A stretch of DNA of 53,488 nucleotides. Source: Actinomycetota bacterium. GTDB lineage: Bacteria > Actinomycetota > CADDZG01 > WHSQ01. Position numbers and translations under genes: made by a program. The number at the start of each line of letters is the position of its first letter. Position 1 is the stretch's first letter. Of this stretch, positions 46,411-53,488 are shown piece after piece. The stretch lies in assembly GCA_036265345.1 (NCBI GenBank), contig DATAPE010000165.1:1-53488 (forward strand). The letters run 5' to 3'. The notes under the pieces were generated by a model, which saw only the letters and a list, made by a program, of their open reading frames with translations, had not been told where the DNA came from and ran no database searches.

Positions 46411-46956
46411 ATGCCACCACGAGAAGACCGACCTTCGGGATGGAGAGCAGAGGCCGAAGCTGCTTCGGCCTCCGGGGGCCACATGCTTCCGGAGGCCGCA
46501 CTGTTCGATCAGCGGCGTGCCCCAGTGGCCCCGCAGCGCTCAACGGTCGAACAGCAGCGCGTCGAAACGCGGCGTCCATCTCCGTCCCCCCGGCGCCGTT
46601 TCGCCGGCCGCCGCGTGCAGAGAACCATCCGGCACGTCGATGTGTGGAGCGTCTTCAAATTGTCGATTTTTTACTACGCCTGCTTCACGGTCCTGTGGCT
46701 CCTGCTGGTAGCGGTGCTGTATGGACTCCTGGCACAGGCAGGGCTCTTCGACGCGATCGAGAAGTTCGGCAAGTCCATGGTGCTGTGGGACAAGGTGGAT
46801 ATCTCGCTGATCTACGTCGAGAAGTGGGCGCTCCTTCTCGCCATCGCGTTCTTGATCATCGGGTCGTTGGTCAATGCACTCATAGCGTTTCTCTACAACT
46901 TCGCGGCCGACACCGTGGGAGGGATCGAGCTGACGGTCGACGAGAAGGACATCTAA
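46411..46956 (+). CDS. DUF3566-like membrane protein (Rv0007 position)
   Basis: 181 aa. A basic N-terminus, then VDVWSVFKLSIFYYACFTVLWLLLVAVLY and a second TM segment. It directly follows gyrA as in other actinobacteria. The start is uncertain. Confidence 0.75.
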   Translation: MPPREDRPSGWRAEAEAASASGGHMLPEAALFDQRRAPVAPQRSTVEQQRVETRRPSPSPRRRFAGRRVQRTIRHVDVWSVFKLSIFYYACFTVLWLLLVAVLYGLLAQAGLFDAIEKFGKSMVLWDKVDISLIYVEKWALLLAIAFLIIGSLVNALIAFLYNFAADTVGGIELTVDEKDI

Positions 46957-48080
46957 GGCAGTTGTAGAGGTGGTTGCTGCAAACGCATAAGCCGGAGTCC
47001 ATCTTCGAGAAGCGATGAAAGGAATGCCGGCGCGTCGAAGACGCGATCCGGAGTGTGGACACCGGGCTTTGTAGCTCTGCGAGTACCGAGCTCGATAGCG
47101 GCTTCAACTACGGGCAAAGCCGCAAGCTTCACGAAGCGGTCGGTGATCCCGAACGAGATTGAGGTTGCCCTGCCCTTGCCGTGGCCCCGGACGTCCACTC
47201 GGATCCCGGTGTGACGAGCGCCCTGGGGAGGAACGCGTTCCAGCGCCGGGCGAAGAGGCGCACCCATCCGCAGAAGAGCTCGTGTGAGAGTCTCCGAGCG
47301 ACCCATGCCCGTGCTAGCAGCCACGCGCGCCAGATCCATTGCGGCGCGTTCCTCCAGCCCGATCCTGGACTGCAACGATCGGACTTCGGGGTAGCTCTCC
47401 AGCAAACTGACGACCTCTGGATGCTCGCACCGGAACGTCTCCACCCATCCGATGGGCTCGGGGAAGTAGACAAGCCGGGGCGAAGAAGCCCCCGCCTCTT
47501 GAACGAGCCGGTGATCGAAGACCATGCTTGCGGGCTGTGCGAGGGCCGAGAGAAAGTGCATCGCCGTCGCCCGGCCTTTGGCGTCCAACAGAGACATGGC
47601 TACCGAGATCTCGACGTCCTCCACGACGGGGGTCTCCCGAGCAGCCAGAGCGACCAGAAGACCCGTGATCCCCGGGCTGAATCCGCAGCCGGTGACGACG
47701 GTTACACCGGCCGCGCGCGCGGACTCGCTGAGATCGAGTACCTGGCGAGTTCCGCTGAGATCGTCACCCAGCGAGACGTAAGGGATCCCTGCTTGGATCG
47801 CTCCCCGGGCGGCGGGGAGATCCCGAGCAAGGAATGGACCTGCGCATGAAACGGCAACATCGGCGCCGGCAGCGTGTGTCGCGACAGCTTTGGGATCGGT
47901 GACGTCCACAAACACCGCAGTGGCAGCGGCTCCCCCGGCGATCAAACCCTGGAGCGTGTGCTCGATCTCGGCCTGCCTGCGGCCTGCGATGACTACCTCG
48001 TCGACCTCCGGGCGCCGGCTCAGCTCATCGGCCACCCGCCGGCCGACTACGCCCGCGCCGCCCAGAACCAGAACCTTCAT
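46953..48080 (-). CDS. saccharopine-dehydrogenase-like NAD(P)-binding oxidoreductase
   Basis: Track ORF 46953..48167 trimmed to ATG 48080 (MKVLVLGGAGVVGRRV, a Rossmann GxGxxG). The overall length and layout fit the Sacchrp_dh family. Confidence 0.7.
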   Translation of the reverse strand: MKVLVLGGAGVVGRRVADELSRRPEVDEVVIAGRRQAEIEHTLQGLIAGGAAATAVFVDVTDPKAVATHAAGADVAVSCAGPFLARDLPAARGAIQAGIPYVSLGDDLSGTRQVLDLSESARAAGVTVVTGCGFSPGITGLLVALAARETPVVEDVEISVAMSLLDAKGRATAMHFLSALAQPASMVFDHRLVQEAGASSPRLVYFPEPIGWVETFRCEHPEVVSLLESYPEVRSLQSRIGLEERAAMDLARVAASTGMGRSETLTRALLRMGAPLRPALERVPPQGARHTGIRVDVRGHGKGRATSISFGITDRFVKLAALPVVEAAIELGTRRATKPGVHTPDRVFDAPAFLSSLLEDGLRLMRLQQPPLQLP

Positions 48081-48142
48081 AGGGCGGCGAGCTCGTTGGG
48101 CGTCACCTCGCGCCACTGTCCTTCGGGCTCGGGCACCTTGGC

Positions 48143-48700
48143 GTGGGAGAGGAGGCGCACCGCCCACACGAGCAGACCGGCCAAGAGCAATCTCGATCCG
48201 AGGTGCAGCCCTCGTGCCAGCATGGCTCGACTATAGGGGCGACCCGGTCGCGACGGAGGAAACGGTCCGATGTGGGAGGGGGTCTGGAGACCGCCCGCCT
48301 TTGCTTGGTGAGCGGTCACCGGTTGCCGTCTATGTGGAGACTGACGTCGGGCGTTACTTCCCAGGATGTGGAAGCGGCGGTTCATTTCTGCTCTCTCGAA
48401 GCATTACAAAACGTGGCGAAGTACGCGGATGGATCGCAGGCGCGGTTGCGTCTGTCGCAGCAGAACGGCGTTCTGCATTTCCAGGTGGAAGACGACGGCC
48501 GCGGTTTCGACTCTGCCCGGACTCGTTACGGTACGGGACTGCAAGGGATGGTCGACAGGATCGAGGCGTTGGGCGGCGTGGTGACGGTTAACTCCTCCAT
48601 CGGAAGTGGAACGACCGTTGAAGGAGAGATTCGCGTCCTCACGGAGGATCTAGTACAAAAGAGGACACCGCCCTTGACCACCATTCTTCTGCGTGGTTAG
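48143..48700 (+). pseudogene. N-terminally truncated histidine-kinase remnant (HATPase_c domain only)
   Basis: From about 48290, the ORF reads DVEAAVHFCSLEALQNVAKYA (N box), VEDDGRGF (G1), GTGLQGMVDRIEALGG (G2), SSIGSGTTVEGEI. No HisKA/HisKA_3 phospho-acceptor or sensor region is present. Only about 200 bp separate it from the upstream gene, and there is no adjacent response regulator. Confidence 0.6.
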
Positions 48701-48735
48701 CCTCGCAATCATCCGCGAGATGTTAGGGGGCCACG

Positions 48736-49671
48736 TTGAGAAAGAGCGTTGTCGTAGTGCTGTGCATCTTGTTCTGCGCTCTTCTGCCTTCCACCGGTCA
48801 TGCTTCGGTCGCGCGCTGCTTCGGTAGACCTGCCACGATCGTGGGAACTGCGGGCAACGACACTTTGCAAGGCACTGCCGGCAACGATGTGATCGTGGGA
48901 CTTGCAGGTGACGACACCATCGCGGGCGGCGGCGGAAACGATGCCATCTGTGGAGGCAAGGGTAACGACTTCCTCACCGGTGACGATGGCAATGATTTTC
49001 TGTCGGGCGGCCATGGCCAAGACACCATCGATGCATTTGACGATGTGTTCAATAAACCTGGTGGCGCGGGCAATGACAGGCTTAACGGGGGGTGTGGGAG
49101 CGACACTCTTTTCGGCGACAGCGGCAACAACGTCCTGCTCGGGGGCAGAGGGGATGACGCCATCGTTGGTGATTCCGTTTGGGGCCGCAGTGTGATCGTC
49201 GGCGGTAGCGGCACCGATGAGGTTGACTACGAGTTGGCTTCCAGCGGGGTGTTCGTGAGCCTGAGCGCGCATATCGCGCGGGGAGCTGACAGTGACCTCT
49301 TGTTCGGCACCGAGAACCTGCGGGGGACCGGATTCGACGACGTCCTGGTCGGAAACGACAAAGCCAACCTCATCTTTGGGCTGTCGGGGAACGACAAGAT
49401 CATGGGGCAGGGCGGTAACGATGGCATCGAGGGCGACGACGGTGACGATGTCTTGAAAGGAAACAATGGAAACGACCTCCTCGGCATGGACAATGACACC
49501 GGCAACGACTCCATGTTTGGCGGCGTGGGCGACGATGTCTTGCTCGGGCACGAGGGAAATGATCAGTTGTTCGGCGGCCTCGGTGTCAACTCGAACGACG
49601 GGGGTGACGGCATCGATACCTGCATCGAGCCCGACACCGCCCAGGGCGCCATTAACTGCGAGCTCCCCTAG
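48736..49671 (+). CDS. secreted calcium-binding protein with hemolysin-type (RTX) GGxGxD repeats, paralog 1
   Basis: 311 aa with a TTG start 6 nt after AGGGGG. Sec-type signal (VVVVLCILFCALLPSTGHA) and more than 15 nonapeptide-like repeats (GTAGNDTLQ, GTAGNDVIV, GLAGDDTIA, GGGGNDAIC ...). The C-terminal Cys pair reads DTCIEPDTAQGAINCE. Confidence 0.8.
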   Translation: MRKSVVVVLCILFCALLPSTGHASVARCFGRPATIVGTAGNDTLQGTAGNDVIVGLAGDDTIAGGGGNDAICGGKGNDFLTGDDGNDFLSGGHGQDTIDAFDDVFNKPGGAGNDRLNGGCGSDTLFGDSGNNVLLGGRGDDAIVGDSVWGRSVIVGGSGTDEVDYELASSGVFVSLSAHIARGADSDLLFGTENLRGTGFDDVLVGNDKANLIFGLSGNDKIMGQGGNDGIEGDDGDDVLKGNNGNDLLGMDNDTGNDSMFGGVGDDVLLGHEGNDQLFGGLGVNSNDGGDGIDTCIEPDTAQGAINCELP

Positions 49672-49746
49672 ACCGGGCGACCGTCGATCGCTGGCGACTC
49701 GTTTTCCAAAGGGTGGCCTTAGAGGGGTGGCTCTTCACCCCAAGAC

Positions 49747-50097
49747 CTAGGTGTGAACGATGACGGTGTCACCGTCGACGCTGACGGGATAGACCTGAAC
49801 TCCGACGTCGTCAGGCTCCATCAGCGACCTTCCGGTCTCCAGGTCGAACTCCCATCCGTGCCAAGGACAGCGGATCACGCTGTTGTCCATCCCATATAGG
49901 TATTCCTGAGGGGCGGACGGTAGGAACGTTCCGCCGACGGTTCCCTCGCATAGGGACGCTCCCTTGTGAGGACAGCGGTCTCGTAGTGCAAAGAACCGTT
50001 CCCCCACGCTGAGCACTGCGACGCGCCGGCCCTCGGCCTCGATCACGCGACAGCCTTCCCGTCGCAGTGCTTCAGCAGAACCGGCGAGATGCTCCAT
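49747..50097 (-). CDS. small Rieske [2Fe-2S] protein (NirD-like)
   Basis: 116 aa with Rieske ligands CPHKG ... CPWHGWEF. Confidence 0.85.
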   Translation of the reverse strand: MEHLAGSAEALRREGCRVIEAEGRRVAVLSVGERFFALRDRCPHKGASLCEGTVGGTFLPSAPQEYLYGMDNSVIRCPWHGWEFDLETGRSLMEPDDVGVQVYPVSVDGDTVIVHT

Positions 50098-50214
50098 CCC
50101 TTACTCCCCGAATCTCTCGTGACGCCGGGCGTTGTATGAAGTCTTCCACCTCAAACCGGAGCTAATGATCAGGTGAGGGGAGGGAGCTGTTCTATTGAGA
50201 GGGGGGTCGAAGTC

Positions 50215-51351
50215 ATGCAGCCGCAGGAGGCCGGGCAGGTGAAGGAGAGTGGCCCGAGTCTGATCGATTGCGACGTTCACCCTCATCTTCGAAGGGGGAT
50301 GGAGGATCTCGCTCCCTATCTGTCCGGGGCCCTCCGCCACCGCATCGGCATCGGTGAGCAGCCTGCGTGGTCGAGGAACTCGTACAGAGACCCCGTTTCG
50401 ATCCCCAGGAACCTTCTCTACTTCAACCCTGCGGGTGTTCTCAGGAGAGACGCCATCCCGCCTGACGGCTCCGTGCCGTCATCGGACGGCGCTTATGTAG
50501 CCTCGCACCTTCTCGATGCTCATCACATCGCCCGGGCGATCCTCATCGGTGGCGACGTGCTGGGTTTGGGGGCCATGCCTGATCCCGATCTAGCGGCTGC
50601 GATCGCATCGGCGTACAACGAGTGGTTGGCGGAGCACTGGCTCGCCATCGATGAACGTTACCGGGCCGCCCTGGTCGCGCCTCCGCAAGATCCGGCGCAA
50701 GCTGCCAAAGAGATACGAAAGATGGGCGCTCGCGAAGGTTTCGTGGCGGTGCTGGTGCCCCTTACCAACATCCTCATGGGCCAGCGTCACTACTACCCCA
50801 TCTATGAGGCTGCCGCGGAATTGGGATTGCCCGTGACTATCCACCCCAACTCGGGAGAAGGCATCTTTACGACTTCGCCCAGTCTTGCGGGCGCGCCTCC
50901 TACCTATTACGTCGAATGGCACACGGGACTGAGTCAGGTCTTTCAAGCCAATCTGATCAGCCTTGTGTGTCACGGAGTATTCGAGCGATTCCCCACCCTC
51001 AAGGTGGTTATCACCGAGGGAGGCTTCGCGTGGCTACCCGACGTCTTGTGGCGGTTGGATAAGAACGTCAAGGGTCTGCGAGATGAGGTTCCCTGGATCC
51101 GCCGGTTGCCGAGCGAGTACGTGTTCGAGCATGTCCGGTTCACGACCCAGCCGTTCGTCGAGCCCAAGCGGGCAGAGCACCTCCATGCTCTCTGCGACAT
51201 CGTGCACGCCGATGAGACCCTGATGTTCAGCTCGGACTACCCTCATTGGGATTTCGACGATCCCGTGACCGCTCTCAATTGGTTGCCCAAGGAAACCCTT
51301 CAGAGGGTGCGCGTGGGCAATGCCGTCGAAACCTACGGAGAACGGCTGTAG
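50215..51351 (+). CDS. amidohydrolase-2 family metal-dependent hydrolase/decarboxylase (ACMSD-like)
   Basis: Track ORF 50173..51351 trimmed to ATG 50215, preceded by GAGAGGGGGG. IDCDVHPH metal-binding motif, internal H (TIHPN), C-terminal SSDYPHWD motif. Confidence 0.8.
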   Translation: MQPQEAGQVKESGPSLIDCDVHPHLRRGMEDLAPYLSGALRHRIGIGEQPAWSRNSYRDPVSIPRNLLYFNPAGVLRRDAIPPDGSVPSSDGAYVASHLLDAHHIARAILIGGDVLGLGAMPDPDLAAAIASAYNEWLAEHWLAIDERYRAALVAPPQDPAQAAKEIRKMGAREGFVAVLVPLTNILMGQRHYYPIYEAAAELGLPVTIHPNSGEGIFTTSPSLAGAPPTYYVEWHTGLSQVFQANLISLVCHGVFERFPTLKVVITEGGFAWLPDVLWRLDKNVKGLRDEVPWIRRLPSEYVFEHVRFTTQPFVEPKRAEHLHALCDIVHADETLMFSSDYPHWDFDDPVTALNWLPKETLQRVRVGNAVETYGERL

Positions 51352-51525
51352 GTTGCTTTAACCACCTGCGAAAGAGCAACGCTCAGGGCAGGATGAGGAT
51401 GGAAAATCGCGCACTCATGGTGCGGAAACTTCCTTGGAGCTCTCTTTTGACACGTGCGATTCTAGCGACGGTGTACTACGGCGCTCCTGGTTCAGGCCGG
51501 AGCGATAGAGAGCGAGGCGAGGTCC

Positions 51526-52719
51526 ATGTTACTGACGTCGAAGGGTTCCTCAAGCTGGGTGAAGCACTCGCGCCCGATCGGGCTGGCGAGCATATGTGCG
51601 ATGACATTGACCCTAGCCGCGGTTCCCGCAAGAGCAGCCGGGCCCACGTGTTTCGGAATTCGCGCGACGATCGTCGGAACCAACGCAGCCGACGCGTTGT
51701 TCGGAACGAGCGGGCGCGACGTGATATCGGCCGGTGCCGGCGCCGACACCATTGTGGGAAAGGGCAGCGGGGACCTGATCTGTGGGGGGCAAGGGGCAGA
51801 CAAGGTGAAGGCCGGCTCTGGTTCCGATGCGATAAGAGGGGGAGCGGGGGCAGACCGGCTGATCGCAGGTCCTGGGTCTGATGAGATCAAAGGCGGACCC
51901 GGAGCGGACATGCTTGAGCTGGGCCGGGGCGCGGACTATAGCGGGGTCGGAGGACGCGGCGCCGACGTCATCTACGGAGGCGAGGGGGACGATGTCCTGG
52001 GCGTTGCCAACTCGGGTGGCGGAGGGGGTAACTACAGCTATACCGAGGCCAGGGTGTTCGCAGACCCGGGTAACGACACCTACCGAGGAGGACCGGGCAA
52101 GGACACGCTTGGATTCAGCGAGGGAAACGACGTCTTGAACGGCGGGCCAGACCGGGATGAGGCGAGCTATTACAACCCGAGAAGAGAGGCGGCTCCGTTC
52201 TACGTGAACCTATCCGCGGGGACCAGCTCCGGCCTCGGCCGCGATCGAATCTCGAGGGTTGAGAACCTGACGGCCTTCGGCCTCAACTCGATCTTTCTGG
52301 TGGGGGATGGAAGGCGCAATCACCTCGTCGGTTCCACGTCTGCGGATGGCTCCGGGGTGGCCACTTTCCAGGGCAAAAGGGGGCCAGATCTGATCATCAC
52401 AGTACCGGGCAGCAATCTCGGTGAGGCTGGACCGGCCCGCTTCTCCGGCGGCACGGGTAAGGATGTTCTGGAGGGTGGATGCACAGAAATCCCTGCCGTC
52501 ACTAACGTCATGAGGGGTGGTCGGGGATCAGACCGCCTCGATGGCAGCTGTGGACCGGACGCGCTCTTCGGCAACGCGGGCGATGACAGGCTATTCGGCC
52601 ATGCTGAAAACGACTCGCTGGACGGGGGATCGGGAAGCAACACCAATGACGGTGGGTTCGGATCCGACCGGTGTGTCGATCCCACCATCTCTGAGGGGGC
52701 TAGACACTGCGAGGCTTAA
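51526..52719 (+). CDS. secreted calcium-binding protein with hemolysin-type (RTX) GGxGxD repeats, paralog 2
   Basis: 397 aa. Signal-like segment LASICAMTLTLAAVPARAAG, the same post-signal motif CFGxxATIVGT as paralog 1, many GxGxD repeats, and a C-terminal Cys pair DRCVDPTISEGARHCE. An alternative GTG start lies at 51559. Confidence 0.8.
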   Translation: MLLTSKGSSSWVKHSRPIGLASICAMTLTLAAVPARAAGPTCFGIRATIVGTNAADALFGTSGRDVISAGAGADTIVGKGSGDLICGGQGADKVKAGSGSDAIRGGAGADRLIAGPGSDEIKGGPGADMLELGRGADYSGVGGRGADVIYGGEGDDVLGVANSGGGGGNYSYTEARVFADPGNDTYRGGPGKDTLGFSEGNDVLNGGPDRDEASYYNPRREAAPFYVNLSAGTSSGLGRDRISRVENLTAFGLNSIFLVGDGRRNHLVGSTSADGSGVATFQGKRGPDLIITVPGSNLGEAGPARFSGGTGKDVLEGGCTEIPAVTNVMRGGRGSDRLDGSCGPDALFGNAGDDRLFGHAENDSLDGGSGSNTNDGGFGSDRCVDPTISEGARHCEA

Positions 52720-52811
52720 GAACGATCTCGCTCGTGGCGAGCCTGGGATTGAGGGCTGAGCTGCCGACGGCGAGAAGTATCGAGCGGGTTATCGGTGCTG
52801 CGTCACAGGTG

Positions 52812-52886
52812 TGGGCCCAGATGGATTTGAACCATCGACCTCATCCTTATCAGGGATGCGCTCTAACCGAGCTGAGCTATGGGCCC
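52812..52886 (-). tRNA. tRNA-Ile (anticodon GAT)
   Basis: Reverse complement: GGGCCCATAGCTCAGCTCGGTTAGAGCGCATCCCTGATAAGGATGAGGTCGATGGTTCAAATCCATCTGGGCCCA. It folds as a cloverleaf with anticodon loop CTGATAA. CCA is not encoded. Confidence 0.9.
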
Positions 52887-52909
52887 GGATCTCACGGGCC
52901 CGCATCTTA

Positions 52910-52933
52910 GCGGGGGCCAGCGAGGGCCCCCGC
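52910..52933 (-). terminator. GC-rich hairpin 4 nt downstream of the trxA stop
   Basis: GCGGGGGCC-agcgag-GGCCCCCGC, a 9-bp perfect stem with a 6-nt loop. There is no clear U-tract in the trxA direction, so it may be a tail-less terminator or a processing element ahead of tRNA-Ile. Confidence 0.45.
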
Positions 52934-52937
52934 GGTT

Positions 52938-53279
52938 TTACGCCGTTGCTGAGATCAGGCTGTCGAGTCGCAGCCCTTCGATGATGGCCTCCTTCGGCCT
53001 CGCGCCTATCACGTGCGACTGCATGCTTCCGTCCTTGAACAGAGCGATGGTGGGGATGCTCATGACGCCGTACTTACCGGAAACGACAGGTGCATCGTCG
53101 ATGTTGAGCTTGACGACCTTGAGCTTGCCCTCGTATTCCTTCTGCAGCTTCTCGAGCTCGGGGTGAACCAGCCGGCACGGCCCGCACCATTCCGCCCAGA
53201 AGTCCACGACCACGGGCATGTCGGCAGCCAGAACTGTTTCGTTGAAGTCCTGCTCGGTCACGTCGGGAATATCGGACAT
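52938..53279 (-). CDS. trxA: thioredoxin
   Basis: Track ORF 52938..53324 trimmed to ATG 53279, preceded by AGGAGG. Active site WAEWCGPC; length about 113 aa. Confidence 0.95.
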   Translation of the reverse strand: MSDIPDVTEQDFNETVLAADMPVVVDFWAEWCGPCRLVHPELEKLQKEYEGKLKVVKLNIDDAPVVSGKYGVMSIPTIALFKDGSMQSHVIGARPKEAIIEGLRLDSLISATA

Positions 53280-53404
53280 TTTGCCTCCTGGGATTGGTCT
53301 ATCGGCTTCGTATAGGTCAACCACAGGAGGGGCCGGCTATTCCCCTGTTCAGGGCCAGAGAGGCGCCCCGGCCGTGGGCTCCCCTCCGCCTCTACAACGT
53401 CCGG

Positions 53405-53458
53405 CTAGCAGCAACCGTCACACGGGCAGTCGGGCCCGCAGTCACAGATCCGGGTCAT
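53405..53458 (-). CDS. 17-codon cysteine-rich small ORF (MTRICDCGPDCPCDGCC)
   Basis: My translation of the minus strand. The ATG at 53458 lies a few nt after GGAGGTGAC (complement of 53461-53469), and the TAG stop is at 53405-53407. 6 of 17 residues are Cys. It is too short for the ORF track and coding status is unproven. Confidence 0.35.
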   Translation of the reverse strand: MTRICDCGPDCPCDGCC

Positions 53459-53488
53459 GAGTCACCTCCCTTCGAGGAGCGAAGCGAA

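Noticed and set aside
48736-49671. Periodic DNA repeats that could be mistaken for a CRISPR or tandem-repeat array (also 51526-52719)
   Set aside because: The roughly 27-nt periodicity comes from GGxGxD nonapeptide coding repeats in an intact ORF. The units are degenerate at the DNA level and there is no spacer-repeat architecture.
46953-52811. Genomic island integrated at tRNA-Ile
   Set aside because: I could find no integrase, recombinase or transposase, no direct repeat of the tRNA 3' end at the far boundary, and no obvious compositional break by eye. It is reported only as a synteny gap, not as a mobile element.

Overview
High-GC, actinobacterial-type chromosome segment centred on the replication origin. 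Most of it is conserved housekeeping DNA, and I found no clear new multi-gene system.

Gene content, left to right:
- 1-9.3 kb: a mixed metabolic and transport block. It holds an MFS transporter, an alpha/beta hydrolase, a membrane Fe-S oxidoreductase, methyltransferases, dcd, tRNA-Gly, a TMEM175-like channel, a GNAT, an LLM oxidoreductase and a cupin.
- 9.3-19 kb: the dnaB-rplI-rpsR-ssb-rpsF-GT87-ponA block on the minus strand, then DUF5318, padR and ino1.
- 19-36.7 kb: the cca / DUF6049 / murJ / Ser-Thr kinase / ECF sigma plus anti-sigma / trxB / cwlM block. It is followed by parB-parA-rsmG-jag-yidC-yidD-rnpA-rpmH on the minus strand.
- 36.7-47 kb: a DnaA-box cluster, then dnaA-dnaN-recF-DUF721(DciA-like)-gyrB-gyrA-DUF3566 on the plus strand.
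- 47-53.5 kb: a non-conserved block. It holds a saccharopine-dehydrogenase-like gene, a truncated histidine-kinase remnant, two paralogous Sec-type RTX-like calcium-binding proteins flanking a Rieske/amidohydrolase pair, tRNA-Ile, trxA and a 17-codon cysteine-rich sORF.

As I recall it, the gene order is colinear with Mycobacterium Rv0046c-Rv0058, Rv3907c-Rv3924c and Rv0001-Rv0007. Gene orientation switches at about 37-39 kb, which fits an origin there.

Best leads:
- A perfect LexA operator in front of dnaB.
- An inverted pair of consensus DnaA boxes upstream of dnaA.
- A selection-maintained 45-bp tandem duplication inside padR, with twin GATATATC palindromes upstream of it.
- murJ followed by a separate, apparently catalytically intact kinase.
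- The Cys-rich sORF upstream of trxA.

All functional calls rest on motifs I can read in the translations and on remembered synteny. No homology search, HMM or RNA covariance model was run. Many long ORFs in the track are Arg/Pro/Gly-rich antisense or off-frame artefacts of the high GC content and are not reported as genes.
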